Of a stretch of DNA of 64,000 bases, positions 37,809 to 52,661 are shown in pieces. The stretch comes from Octopus vulgaris (lineage: Eukaryota), in contig OX597835.1 in the NCBI GenBank assembly GCA_951406725.2, positions 42,222,001-42,286,000 on the forward strand, read 5' to 3'. The stretch's first letter is position 1. Each line of letters begins with the position of its first letter. A model generated the notes under the pieces. The model was not told the origin of the DNA, searched no databases, and saw only the letters and a program-made list of their open reading frames with translations. A program made the position numbers and the translations under genes.

Positions 37809-40800
37809 TCTCTGTGCTAAAACTAAAGCAGTTACACCACAGAGGATCCATTTGATAACACAAACCGTTGAATTTATTTCATGGGTTAAATTTTTGTGGC
37901 ACCCCTGCGGCCTGGTCACCGGCCCCGTTTCTACTGCGTTCTGCCGTGTTAGCAGTGAAGCTATACCAATGTCAGTCAATATTTCTGAAAAGGTGCTCTG
38001 AGTAAAATACGAATGCTTTAATTGTTAAAAATAAAAATTACAATGGAACAAATCATTTATATATGCTTACATCATAAGAATTTAGAAACTTCGAGAGAAC
38101 GTGAAATAATTCGTTTTTTTTTTTAAACAGTGGAACTTGAAGCAGATAAGGCTATGAATAATAGCGTGTAATTATTAGGTTTTTAAAAAATCTTTTTCGA
38201 TAAGAAACGTAATATACCGTGAGACTCGTACCCGTATTGTTTGAAAACAAGATGGGAGTTCTACCATTAGATCAAAGCAATCATTCAAATTTTTTCATCT
38301 AGTTTAGAAGTTTTTCTCTTACCACGGAGGATTGCATGTTGCTGAGGTCATAACAATTTAGGAACTTCGAGAGACGTGGAATAATTCGTTTTTAAAAGTG
38401 GAACTCGAAGCAGATAAAGCTATTGATAAAAGCGTGTAAATTTCGGGTTAAAAAGCCTTCTGGATAGGAAAAAATTGAAGGGCTCTTTAGCCCAATATTT
38501 ACGCACAATTAACTTAATAAATAAAATAAATGCGCCCTTTTAAAGCCTAGCCAAGCTCATGGGCCCGGTTTCCTGGTTTCAATGACGTATGTGTTCCCCA
38601 GCTGCACGGGATGCCAGTCCATCGCAGCTTTACTCATTTTTGCCAGCTGAGTGGACTGGAGCAACATGAAATGAAGTGTTTTGCTCAAGAACACAATGCA
38701 TTGCCCAGTCCAGGAATCGAAACCACAATTTTTCGATCATGATGCTGACGCCCTATCCACTAAGCCATGCGCCTCCACAAATTAATAACATAGACATATT
38801 TATTTCCAAAGATATTCTAACCATTTGGGGGACAGGAGAAAACACAGACAAACAACACCGGCAAGTTTTTATATGTTCAATTGGAATAGCCCTTACGAAA
38901 TACAATAAAATGAGGCCCGAAACTTTATTCTTGGTTTAACAGGGATCACGTCCCTAACCCAAATTTGGTTAACGACGATGCCATTTTATTCTACGTTATA
39001 TATTAATCTAAGAATCCATAAGTGAGGAAAAATAATATGCACTCGTATATTTGTCAATATAGTGGGTTGCTATCTCTGAAGAGTGCGTGGTGTTACTTGA
39101 TCGTGCTGTTAATATCCGGTTATGCAACAACCAGTGTGAAATGGATTGGTCGATCAGACGAAATTAATCTATAATACTCTGTATACTTTGATTAGCAAGC
39201 TTATGTATATTAACAACAGCTTAACTCAAATTTCATACGACTTGAAGTTGCGTGGACGCGAAGGACGAACCCTTCTCATCAAACATCAGGAGACCACACA
39301 CGAACACGGCCGACGCTAAGAAGTTCGTGGCCCATTTAGAGAATTATCGGTGGGGATCTCTTCTCTACAAAATCTGAAGTTTGATGTTTTATGCTTCGTT
39401 TACTACGCCGGGCCCAACCAAAAGGCGTTGAGGGCTTTAGGCTGCACTATTTTTCACAATGATATACTGAAATTCATCATAACGTTCTCCGCTCGAGCGT
39501 GTGCACGAGGCCCTCTCCTGACGCGGGGCCCGATTTCTTAAAAAATCTGTTTAATTGGCTTAAAACCGGCCCTGGACACACATACACACGCAAAGATAAA
39601 AAATAAGTTTCATAATATTAAACAGCTGAGACCCCTCAACAAAGTGATTATAAAACGATTAAATATTTTAATTGGTGATACGAGCCTTTACTGAATTTTC
39701 TTCTTAATTGTATGTTAAACAGAACATCGTTACTAATTGGCCAGCTGCTCTGTTTATTATTATTATTATTACTGCATCTGCCAATTTCTAAGAGATAATA
39801 AAGTCACTTACTTTTTTTTTATATTAATCCTTCCGCCTAAATTAGGAATCCCAGCTCTGCCTGTCAGAGTGTTAATTGTAAGTGTAGTCTTTAACAGTCG
39901 TTTATAACTCCCGGCTGTGATTAAGGCAAATTAATGCCCTAATTACTGCCTAACAACAGTGTTATTCCCTCAATCTTCTTTATTGTCTGATAAAATATTA
40001 AGATCTAATAGGTGCTGAATGTGAAAAAAAAAATGGATTAAAAATTCGGTTTAGTTCCAGATAGAAACCCTCAACCGCACTGAATATAAATCTTTCTTTG
40101 AAAACTTATATTTATTTAATTAACACTAATTTGCAATTGATGAATATAAGTGAAGTATGCACCTATTTTAGTATCGTTGTTTCATAATTATTGTAATTGG
40201 CACTCCGTCGGTTACGACGACGAGGTTTCTAGTTGATCCAGTCAACGGAACAGCCTGCTGCTCGCATATTAAACCCTTCGCTTGTCCTCTGTATCGATCA
40301 CATTTGATGCACAGGACATACGTCCTTGGCATCCGTGCATCATATTTGATATTCCAGTTTTGCTTCCAACCACCAGAGTAACTTGGGCCTTACCGAAAGG
40401 AAAGAAAAGCTTTATATTACTCGGAACACAGGGGACGTTTAGGGCAGTCTTATGAATATGCTTTGGCGGGCAAAGAGTTAATCTATACTCTTTTACTCGT
40501 TTCAGTCATTTGACTGTGGCCATGCTGGAGCACCGCCTTTAGTTGAGCAAACCGACCCCAGGACTTATTCTTTGTAATCCCTAGTACTTAATCTATCTGT
40601 CTCTTTTGCCGAACTGCTAAGTTACGGGGACGTAAACACACCAGCATCGGTTGTCAAGCGATGTTGGGGGGGGGGCAAAGACAGACACGCATACATACAT
40701 ACATATATACGACGGGCTTCTTTCAGTTTCCGTCTACCAAATCCACTCACAAGGCTTTGGTCGGCCCGAGGCTATAGTAAACACTGTTTACACAATTATT

Positions 40801-41759
40801 TTAGAAAGTTTCTGTCTAATTTCAGACGAATGTCTTTTAGTTAAGACACAAAAATAAATTGTCTGTCAGGAAGACAATTATTGAATAATTGAATTCTGCA
40901 AAATTCCCTCGAAAATTAGCAATTTCATAAACCCAGACCAATGCTTCTGTTAGTTTTGTTGATAACCCATACAACCTTCCAAAAAATTCCTTAGTAGTAT
41001 GTCCAAAAACATACTACCTTACTCTTTTACTCTTTTAATTGTTTCAGTCATTTGACTGTGGCCATGCTGGAGCACCGCCTTTAGACGAGCAAATCGACCC
41101 CGGGACTTATTCTTTGTAAGCCCAGTACTTATTCTATCGGTCTGTTTTGCCAAACCGCTAAGTTACGGAGACATAAACACACCAGCATCGGGGGGACAAA
41201 CACAGACACACACACACACACATATATATATACATATATACGACGGGCTTCTTTCAGTTTCCGTCTACCAAATCCACTCACAAGGCATTGGTTGGCCTGG
41301 GGCTATAGCAGAAGACACTTGCCCAAGATGCCACGCAGTGGGACTGAACCCGGAACCATGTGGTTGGTAAGCAAGCTACTTACCACACAGCCACTTCTGC
41401 ACCTATACCTTATTTGGAGTGATTTTACAGTGAAAGGTGGAATTAATTTTTACTCTTCCATAAATTCTGATTGGCGAACTTTCGGGACAGCTTATCGTTA
41501 TTACCTCATTGAGGAGGAAAAGGGCAAGAAATTGGATGGTTGTTTTGTGGTGAAAGAATTTTTCGTCCCCACCACCATTCCGTTAAATTTTTACTATCAC
41601 AACCGTCTCATGAGTCGGTTGTAAAGTTGTTGTTTTTTTTTTAATCTGAAAGATGTAACTTGGAAGATCTAGGACTCCTATATTTGTAAGCATACCAACA
41701 CAAATGTCCCTCCTCCCCCCGACTTTATTTCCTCATAACTTTCAAAAAAATGGATATTG

Positions 41760-42222
41760 GGATCTTTTCGGTTTGAACGGCAGTTTTTTCTAGCGGTGTC
41801 ATATGAAATTGTCACCCATAATTATGACCCTAGTATCGATCTATTGCATTTCAATCTGTTTTAGATTTAGGGTTAGAGTTAGGGGGGGTGGAGGAAGGGT
41901 ATCTTTTTTTCTTCACAAATGTAAATAAACCCAATCTGTTTCTTAAACGAGGGACATATTCATTCGGCACAGAATCTTTGGATCTTTTCACTTTCGTAGC
42001 CTAAGATCCGAATCTTTTCACCTCAATAGACGTCATTGATTGGTTGAAATTGCAGAATTGAAGAAAAAGCAACAACAAATATCTTACAAAATATAGAATT
42101 TTCTCAATAAAGCCAAGAGAAAAAGATGTTTTATAAACACATTCTCCCAGTATACGAAGTTTAAAAGTGTTTAGTTACGTGGAAATTATTTTTTAAAACT
42201 GCCGTTCAAACCGAAAAGATCC
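41760..42222. mobile_element. MITE with 28-bp TIRs nested in an older TIR element (about 41687-42348)
   Basis: GGATCTTTTCGGTTTGAACGGCAGTTTT and AAAACTGCCGTTCAAACCGAAAAGATCC. Outer imperfect TIRs TAAGCATACCAACACAAATGT / ACACTTGTGTCGGCATGCTTA. Confidence 0.8.
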
Positions 42223-45200
42223 GTAATCTACACTATTTGAAAGGGATGGGTAGAAAATTTCATCAGAAAGTAACTACGTTTCTGAAAGGTATGAGGAAAC
42301 AAAGTTCATGGTGGTGGTGATTAAGGCACACTTGTGTCGGCATGCTTATAATTTGTACTCGGTTCTCGTAAAACGTCGCTGATGCTAGAAACTTGCCGGA
42401 CATCACTTCTTCACCGTCGTCCATAACTTGAATCGTTGAAGGTCTGACCTCTTGATTGATAAGTTTTCATTTATGTTTAGCTGACGATGTTTTCCTTTAG
42501 GCTTGAGAAAACTGCAAAAATTTAATGTTCAGCTGATAAAGACGTTTCTATTTTTAATGTACCCCCGCCTCCCACAAAAACAAAAATCTTGTTGAGAACT
42601 GATAATATCAGATGATAGATGAATCATTTGAAGCCTTCTAACACCACAAAGCAGACATTCCCGTTGGTTTTCATCTCATTTCTTTCTCTCTCTCGTTGCG
42701 AATTAAACTGTTGGTTGACCGCCTCCTGCCTGTCATTGATTGTATACTAATTTAACCGACGTCTATATTTAGTACACCAAAAGCTTGTTTGACTCCCTAA
42801 CGTCTTTAAATATCCCACATCGGTTGGAAGAAAGCTGACTTCAAGTTACCGTCAACCTATATAAAAACAAAAAAATACAAATCAAGTGGGTTTTTTTTGT
42901 TATTATTTATATATTATTAATCAATTTAAACGTCCGTGTAAAAGCTGGGACGCCATGACAGATAGCGGAAGGTATATAAAACAACTCTGGTACAAAAGAA
43001 TAAACTAAAAACACAAAAACTCAGAAAGAACAACAACAAAGAGTTGGGGAGAGAAAGAGAGTAAGACAAACGAACAGTTAAATGTTTCTGTTGTAAATTG
43101 TTTTTGTAGCTTTCTTGAATTAGAAGATGTTATTTATGGTCGGTTGTTCTTTGAACAAAAAAGTTGGTTGAGATAATATTTAAGGGAAGATGATTCTCTT
43201 TGATACCAACTATTCAAACTACTTTGTTTCTTATGTAAAAAAAAGTGGGGAAGCTTTAGAAATAAATGGAGTGGTTTTGTCTATGTATTTTATATATATT
43301 TTTTTGTTTGATGTTTACGTCGAAAGGGGAGAGCGGTTGAGTTGGTAGCCAGCAAATAGTAACTCCGCGGGGGGCTTTTCGAGGTCACCTAAAATTAAAA
43401 GGGGCCTGGATTTGTATGAGTGACAAGAGGTCAACAGTTTAATGTTAGTAAGTACTTATAGCTGGTAACAGTCGCTTCTAAAACGCGGTTTTTTTATTTT
43501 GTAAGGATGTTACTAAGTAGCGTTAAGTAGGTGAGACAAACCCCCTCCTGGCTAGAACACTAGTCTCTTGAAAGTTAACTGACGTTTGTAATTATTTCCT
43601 GGATAGATGATAAATTCAACTTGCATGTTTTTTTTAGAGATAATTACTGGAATGAGAGAAATTTTGATTGGGTGTGTAGCACTTGCTTCGCTCCATCCCT
43701 ATTTCTTTACTGCCCACAAGGGGCTAAACATAGAGAGGACAAACAAGGACACACAAACGGATTACATCGACTCCAGTGCGTAACTGGTACTTAATTTATC
43801 GACCCCGAAAGGATGAAAGGCAAAGTCGACCTCGACGGAATTTGAACTCAGAACGTAACGGCAGACGAAATACGGCTACGCATTTCGTCCGGCGTGCTAA
43901 CGTTTCTGCCAGCTCGGTCGTCTCTTTCACATTCAAATTATAATACTAATTCTATACGTTAATCATCCCTCCAACATGGCTACATTATATACATCACACC
44001 TCCAGTACAGTTACACTGTTGTGTCTCTTTCAGCTTGAGTACATAATCACCCCTCCAACATGGCCGTATATTTTACACTCTCACCCAGTTGTAGTCTTCA
44101 ATGGATTTAAATGCAAGGGATACATGCTGGAGCTTCTATGCCGCTCGTTTCTCATTAGACCCGTTTCAAGATGGCACCTACTGCCAGATCCAATCACCCT
44201 CTAAATATCCTTTCACTGCATAAAAAGCCGAGCAACTGGCACAGGAGTTATTTCCCCTAGCTTTTGTATTTATCTTTTCTTTTTTTCGGCGCAACACCCT
44301 TCCCTCGTTATGGCTCTATATTCAACAAGGCATTACTGTCTGAAAGGCATGGAAGCACAGGTCTAGGAAACCAGTTCTGATCTATGAGGTTGATGTAACC
44401 GACTTAATCCGTTTGTCTGTCCTTGTTTGTCCTCTCTGTGTTTAGCCCCTTGTGGGTAGCAAAGAAATATGTATTTCGTCTGCCGTTACGTTCTGAGTTC
44501 AAATTCTGCCGAGGTCGAATTTGCCTTTCATCCTTTCGGGGTCGATCAAATAAGTACCAGTTGCGCACTGGGGGAGGGGTCGATGTAATCGACTTAATCC
44601 CTTTCTCTGACCTTGTTTGTCCCCCTCTTTGTTTAGCCTCCTGTGGGCAAATAGATAACTGACAGACCCGAACGAATTCAATCAATTCACCCTGCCAACA
44701 TAGCTTTATATGTCACAGACACCCCTCCAACATGGTTCAGTCCATAAACATCAAGAAATATCTCCATTAGTGTAAACTACAAACTGTTTTCACAAACTGT
44801 GTCTGTTCGTCTTCCTATGAGCGTTTCAACCAGAGCAGCAACTACTGTAAGTATGACAGCTGTCTCACAGCTGTCACAACGTGTTGCCTTGGTTTTTGAC
44901 ACCAATGTTGCTGTCCACCTTTTATATGTTTGAAGTGAACAGAGGACAGTTGTGTGTGTGTGTTATAGGATACTAGAAGGAGACAGACGTGAATATCGTT
45001 GGATATCTGAAGGAGACAAGGGACAGTCGTGTACGTTGTGAGATGGCTGAAGTAGATAGGAAACGAATAAGTTTGTCGATTCTTTATGTAAAATGGACCA
45101 CCGTTCGGGTTCTATCCCCTGGCGCAGCATGGTGGGTTCACCTGCCGCACAACACGGCCATTATATATATATGTGTGTGTATGTGTGTGTGTCTTTGCTA

Positions 45201-47610
45201 AAGTTGAAATTATGTTACGTTTAATCTTTCTCCTGTCCCAAAGCATTTCCACAACTTTGTCCCTGAACGTTCATGCTTGTTTTCATACTTTTTGCTAATC
45301 CTTGTTTCACACGTTGTCAGCGCGCATTTTTTTCGTCATATTCCTTTAATATACGATGCCTTACACCTGTTACACATATTCGTTTCCATTTTCCCCACCG
45401 GGTGCGGATCTAGATATAAACCATCTAAACTTACACCAATACACCAAATATGAAATCAATTGGAACAGAAATTGAAAAGTGGCTGCCAGGCAGAAAAGAT
45501 CTGGATCCGCTTTCTTTCCATAAGTCCTTAGTTACTCCGGTGACTGGAGGAAATTCGTCCTGCATCACGTGATTGCTATATTGGCCAAGCTAAGAGTTAA
45601 AGAAGAGAAAGGCTCAAACTCACACTATGCCTGGCTTCTATATAATTACGTCTACCCATCTACATGAAAAAGCGTTGAGAGACCCTAATAAGTTCAATAC
45701 ACAATTTCTTGTTTCCTTGTCATTTATATAATCCTTATACACACACACACACACAGAAGTGACTGATAGACCACGTATGTACGTTTCTTCCTTATGAGTC
45801 ACGATCCAAGTTGAGTCGCGAATACAAAATCGTTTACTGTTGAAATATTTCGTAAAATGTAAATAACGTTCCTGAATGTTTCCCAATGAGTCATATAAGG
45901 CATGAAGACGAACACATCGTGTTTATGACAAACAGAAAAAGAAAAGACCGAAAAAGAAAAAAGAATAATATTTATCCAAGATAAGAAAACTATCAACTAG
46001 TTGGGGGTGGGGTGGGGTTTAGTGTTGTATGGGGGTATTTAAGCGTAAAAGAGAGGGCACCCTTTTATTATTATTATTATTATTATGTAAGCCCTTGTGG
46101 CCAAAAGAAAAATTATAAGGGGTCGATAAAATAAGTTCCAGTCAAGTACTGGGGCGATATAATAGACTTACCCCTCCCCTCAAAAGTGCTGGTCGTGTGA
46201 CAAAATTTAAATTATTATTCAAATAAAAGAAATAATTGTTATTATCGTGTAGATATGTAATTATTAAATATCTAATTATGTAAATATATAAATTCTTATC
46301 TAAATATGAAAATAAAGGGGTCGTTTGAAAGCTTAACAATTTACCAAAATGGCTGGCAAAGGTAATAAGTTAAGGAACTGCTAGACGTAATGGTCAGTAG
46401 ATCGGTGGCTTACCTCTGATTGAATATCTGTGGTGGCTGGAGTAGACTGCTGTGTCTGGTTGTTACAAAGTGAAACAACAACAGTTGACAAGTTTGTACT
46501 AATTTCTTCTTGGCCAATATCAGAAGTCTTCAGTCGCTTGTGTTTGTTTAACATGTATAGAAGCAGTTGTAGAAAATTAAGCATGTTTTTACTCCGAATT
46601 TCAGTCGAGTTTGCTTTGTTTGTTTTTCTCTCTCTCTCTGTAACTAGTCCAACTGTATTTACGTAATGAGTTTCACTGTCGATTTAACGACGAGGCTGAG
46701 ATAAACTGTAGATAAATTAAACCGACTGACTTCTCACCATTCATTAATTTACCATTGTACTCAACAGAAGGGTCAACTTCTGGATGACTTCATTTAGAAG
46801 GTCGTTTAGAGAAACTTCCAACTTTTTTTTTCTTTTTGAGTATTTTTCAATGTTTATGGTATTAATATAATCCCTTTTCCTCTTTGCTGATGATACAATA
46901 ATTATCACCAAGGCATATTAAATAAGGATTATCATAATTTATTCAGCAGATGTGTGTGAGCTGTTCAACTTTATTATTAAGGTGCAGTCTTCCAATCTGT
47001 GCTAAATTTTTGTCAAACGAAAACTGTTCGTCGTCTGGAGTGAAAGAAAGGAAATTTAATTCGGCTGAATTACAAAGTTCTTTTCAACTATTGTCTGTGA
47101 AAGGCTAAACTTTAATTCCTCTTTCACTGTTTTGTTTTGTTTAAAACAACCATTTTACGGATGGCTGCCACGTTTCACACACTTCTCGCCTGTTGCAGAG
47201 CAGATAATTAGCAATTTCGACGGAAATACTTAACTATTTGCTATTGTTTAATAAACAAAAGGTGACCACTATCTCATTGGCCGTAAAAGTTATTAAAACC
47301 ACTTTTTATTATTATTATTTATTTTTTGTATACGTACATGTGTTTTTGTTAGTCTTTCTTGGACACCTGAATATCTCTCAAACCTGTCATGACGTCCTCA
47401 CTCTCTCTGAGATAAAATTCCTGGATTCGTCTTCATTTAAACCTTATCTTCTCCATTTCCTTAAGAACATGCCTCTTTGTTTGTGTCGCTTTCAATCAAA
47501 ACGGATGTTACCATCATTTATCGAACTCCTTTGGATATTATAACAAACAATTCTACATGAGGAATTATTCTCCCATGGGTCTATCTTTACCACTTTGTGT
47601 CTCCATCCAG

Positions 47611-47784
47611 GCCTCCAATGAAGCCGAGACGAGGACGAAGAAATTCGATGATCTTTATGAAGATCTCGAAGACTTTTACAATATTGTCGAAGACCTTGAC
47701 CAATGGATGGACACAGCTGTTGAGAAGGGACACGGTATTAAGGTCTCCCAGCAAGATCTCGAAGTCCAATACGGGATGCTCAAG
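47611..47784 (+). CDS. MACF1: Coding exon F (phase 0-0), spectrin repeat: ASNEAETRTKKF...LDQWMDTAVE...YGMLK
   Basis: Acceptor tgtgtctccatccag, donor AAG|gtaaac. 58 codons including the conserved spectrin-repeat Trp (LDQWM). Confidence 0.9.
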
Positions 47785-49405
47785 GTAAACCCTTTTTATG
47801 TTTTTAATCATTTGTAAATCAATGTTTTTTTTCTTCCAGAATTTAAATGTAATTTATTTTTTGATTAATTTTTAAAAAAATTGTTTTAAATTGATTGCTA
47901 AAGAATTTTTTGTTTTTGCGAATTGTTGAAATACTTGTAGATAAACGTAAGCTTTCTCTTTAATAGGCCACAGTATTTTAAACTGTGATCGTCTTTTAAA
48001 AGTCTGTAAATAAATAGTTGTGTGACTAAATTCATCACGCGAAATGAGTGGCTTCCAATTGGACCCCTCCTTTCACCGAATGACGTTTAACAAACACCCA
48101 CTCCTCGTGTTTTGGGGTGAGGAAGCAGGTCGTTTTAGGTCAAACAAGAATTTAGTTTTACGCAGTGAATTATCAATATTTTCGCATACCATTTCGTTCA
48201 GCACGCGCTTCTTTTTAAATATGTGCATAGACTAATTTTCCCTTATGGTAAAATTTTATAGTAATTACTAACGGTGACCGGGGCTTATATTAATGAAATT
48301 ACAGAGCGCCTTGATATATCACCAGTCACGTTTTCTGACCATTTACATATTAGGCAATCCCGACAAAGATGTTTTTGTTTGTTTTTCCTTTTGGATCTGG
48401 AGGAAGAGGCAGAACCCATGACTTTAGTAGGCTCCCTTCTGGGACTGGTAATATTGATGCCATTCATTTTCGATTCAAATAGTTGTAGGTCAACATTTGC
48501 AGGAAATGCATGAGCAGGGAGGAGATTCCAGTGGTGTGGAAGGACTGATTAATGGTTTGAGCAGGACCAAGGTGGTTGGACACAGCAAGGGTGACAGAGG
48601 TGGAGGGACAAGTAGGAGATAGGTCCAAAGACCAGAGACCATAACATATGTTGCTGTTTCATCTTGGGTCAGCTCTGAGCTACCAGACCTATGACCAAAG
48701 ATATTGTTAAGCCCAAAGTCAGCGTTGGTCCAACAGACTTGTGGTCAAAGATATTCCAGCCATGACCATTCTCCCTGTTCTTATTCTGTCATGCAAGTTA
48801 CACAACAACCTCACTAATGTTGGTGGCGGGAAAAATAAATTTACCCAATTACACTCTTCCACTCCTTCTCTTTCTCCTCTCTCTCTCTCTCTCCACCTGT
48901 TTCTGCCTCTCTGTCTCTTCATATATATATATATTTGGAACAAATGCAATAGAGGGCATTAAAACGTTTTGGCAGATAGACAACACAAAGGTGGACAAGA
49001 GAAACAACAATTAGAATATGTATGTATATGTCTGTGTTTGCCCCACCTACAATCACTTCACAACTGATGTTGGTTTGTTTACGTCTCCGTAACTTAGCAG
49101 TTCGGCAAAAGAGACTGATAGAATAAATACTAGGCTTACAAAAGAATAAGTCCTGGGGTTGATTTGTTCGACTAAAGGCGGTGCTCCAGCATGGCTGCAA
49201 AGAATAAGGATTGAAACAAGCAGGAAAAAAAAGATAAAAAAGTTTTGTAGGCATGGCTCTGTGGTAAGGAGCTTGCTTCCCAACCACATGGTTCTGGGTT
49301 CAGTCACACTGCATGGCACCTTGGTCAAGTCTCTTTTACTATTCCCTTGGGCCGACCAAAGCCTTGCAAGTGGATTTGGTAGGGGGAAACTGAAAGAAGC
49401 CCATC

Positions 49406-49451
<46 letters not shown>

Positions 49452-52314
49452 CTGTGTGTGTGTATTCTTGTGTCTGTGTTTGTCCTGCACCACTGCTTGA
49501 CAACCAGTGTTGGTGTGTTTACATCCCTGTAACTTTGTGGTTCAACAAAAGACACCGATAGAATCAGTGCCAGGCTTAACAAAATAAAAAAGTCAATTCA
49601 TTTGACTAAAAAAAAATTGCTCAAGGCAGTGCCCCAGCATGGCCGCAGTCGAATGACTGAAATAAGTGAAAAATAAAAGGCTGGTGGCGGTGGTAGTGAT
49701 GTGGTTATATTTTTAATAAGAGGAGAGCCTGGCTCACTAATCAAATGAATGACCTTTGGCAGCTTACTGACCTTTGACCTCATTGAGAGAGAGAGAGAGG
49801 AAAGCAGAAACACAATTTCTTGTTAAGTATCCTTGCTGTTGTTGAGGCCCAGGTCATCCCTGAAACAGCAGCCAGACCCCACATTCGAAGGTCAGTCCAG
49901 ACCTGATTTTACTAACATTTCTTCTGGAATAGTGCAGCTTGGCCTATATTATCCTATATGGCCTTTCGTAAGATGGTGGCGAGTGGTTTCAGGGAGATTC
50001 AGCTGTTATTTTTAGCAGGGTGAACGACCATGTAGAAGTTTCCTTGTTGTTACTTAGCTCCAGATCATTCTGGATCAAGCTGACATACCATGAAATGCTA
50101 TTCCAAGTATGATTAACCTTTCTTTTATTAAGGCATAATATATCTAAGAATACATTATCTGATGTGTTCTTTATTCCTGTTGTTGAAACCCAAGACAGCT
50201 AGGATGTATGTGTGTTTATGTGTGTATTGTAAATAGACACTAGAAAGGTGTGGTGAGTATATATATATAAATATATATATATATGTCTGGAGAGAGTTCA
50301 GGTAAAGTTGCGTCTGATGATGTAATGTTATGTAATGGATACAAATGCCTTGATATAAACTGATGCCAGTTTGTTGCCTCTTCGTACTTTTATTTGGCCA
50401 CATCTCTCCAGCTGAAACTAGTAAATAGGCGTAGGCAGGGCTGTGTGGGTGGTAAGAGGCTTGCTTCCCAGCTGCATGGCTCCAGGTTCAATCCCACTGC
50501 GTGGTACATTGGGCAAGTGTCTTCTCCTATGGCCTAAGGCTGATCAAAGCCTTGTGAGTGGATTTGGTATACGGAAACTGAAAGAAGTCCAGTTTAATGG
50601 ACTGCAGTCTAATGACTAAAACAAGATATATATATATATATATATATATATGCATGTGCGCGTGCACACACACACATGAGAGCTGTATTGTAGATACACA
50701 CTGCAAAGATGTGTGTATGTTGCCACACAACCCTTCATGAATGACAATCCTCCAGCATGGCCACAGTCAAATGACAGAAACAAGTAATAGATAAAGTATA
50801 CATTATAAACATGTGAAGTAGTATTTAAACATTGTTTTACAGATGGATGCTCTTGCTGTCATTAACTGTTACTTGTTGATGGGGAATTTCAACAGTGTCA
50901 CCCACCTCTTGGAGTTCGCAATATTTGGAGAATATGTTGACAAACATGCATGTGCCACACACATATGTATATGTACTGCGGGCTTCTTTCAGTTTCCTTC
51001 TACCAAATCCGTTCACAAGGCTTTGGTTTGGTTGAGACTTTAATAGAAGACACTTGCTCAAGGTGGCATGTAATAGGATTGAACTCAAAACAATGAATTT
51101 GCAACATACATAGAAACAAATGACCCAGCCCCTCTCATAATTCCTTGTCAGTAAAGTGGTTGACATCTGGAAAGGCATCCACCTGTAAAATTCATGTCAA
51201 AACTAACCTCACCTGTGCTAGTGCCATGTAAGAAGTGCAGGGTCCACTCTGCAGAGTGGTTGGTGTTAGGAAGGGCATCCAACTGTAAAAATCCCCGCCA
51301 AAATAGACACCGTAACACGGTGAACTGTCTTACCCATGCATGGAAGATGGACATTAAACAATACTCTTTTTATTCAAATTGACCCCAGGACTTATTCTTT
51401 GTAAGCCTAGTACTTATTCTATCAGCCTCTTTGCCGAAGCGCTAAGTTACGGGGGACGTAAACACACAGCAACATTGGTTGTCAAGCGATGTTGGGGGGG
51501 GCAAACAGAGACACACAAGCACACACACACACACACATATATACGACGGGCTTCTTTCAGTTTCCGTCTACCAAATCCACTCACAAAGCTTTGGTCGGCC
51601 CGAGGCTATAGTAGAAGACACTTGGCCAAGGTGCCATGCAGTGGGACTGAATCCGGAACCATGTGGTTGTTAAGCAAGCTACTTACCACACAGCCAATGA
51701 TGGTTTTATATATATATATATATATATCTATCTTCATCATTTAACATTTGTCTTCTCTGCTGGCATAGAGTGTATGGTTTTTGCAGGAGCTGGCTAATAC
51801 CAAGCTCTGTTGTCTGTTTTGGCATAGCTTCTATTGTTGGATGCCCTTCCTTATGCCAACCACTTTACAGTGTGTACCAGGTGCTTTTTGCATGGCACCA
51901 GCACTGGTGAGGTCACCAAGTGACTTGCAAGACCAACCCCTTCAACTGTGTGGTGGGAGGAGTGATATTGAAGGCCAGAAAAAGGAGTCTTACATTAGAG
52001 GGGAAAATATGGCTGCCTTAGATGGGGATGGTGTGGAGATGGAAGAGGGGAGTGATGGTGAGTGTGTGTTTGTTTGTTTGCTAGTGAAGGTGCGTAGCCT
52101 AGGGTGTTGCTCTGAATATCGTTAGAATGTGGGTTCGATCCCCAGGCCAGGTGGCACATTGTTTTCTCATGCTAAACACTTCGTTTCATGTTGCTCCTGT
52201 TTTCCTTTTGATCAGGGAGGAATGTTGACTTGCTCATGTAGCCAGTGTGGTGGCATTGTTGTGACCAGCAATGTATAACAACATTCAACTGTCCAGTCGA
52301 ATATATATATATAG

Positions 52315-52400
52315 AGGCAAGGAAAAATTATAAAAAGGTAGAATGCTAAATTGAAGGTAAATTTTAATGACAATGGGTGTATGGAAAATTTTAAAAAATA

Positions 52401-52431
<31 letters not shown>

Positions 52432-52661
52432 TCTAACCGGTTTTCTGCGCAATGCGGCAAAAAACAATGTAATTTTCTTTTTTCCCCCCTCCTCAATTAT
52501 AAAAAAATTTTCTTTTCACCTTAGAATTCTTGAAAAGTCGCATTGCGACGAAAACCAGTTAGAATTAATATATAATATTTTTTAAAATTTTCCATACACC
52601 CATTTTCATTAAAATTTACCTTCAATTTAGCATCCTACCTTTTTATAATTTTTCCTTGCCT
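52315..52661. mobile_element. Foldback element or MITE with ~125-145-bp inverted arms
   Basis: 52315-52458 is the reverse complement of 52537-52661, apart from a (TA)n expansion and a few substitutions. Confidence 0.85.

Noticed and set aside
41862-41885. Interstitial telomere
   Set aside because: Only about three degenerate TTAGGG units, inside a MITE.
46430-46666. 78-aa ORF in unique intronic sequence, plus a CTGAAGA...GAAA motif on the minus strand
   Set aside because: No convincing splice sites or domain, and hammerhead stems I and III cannot form.
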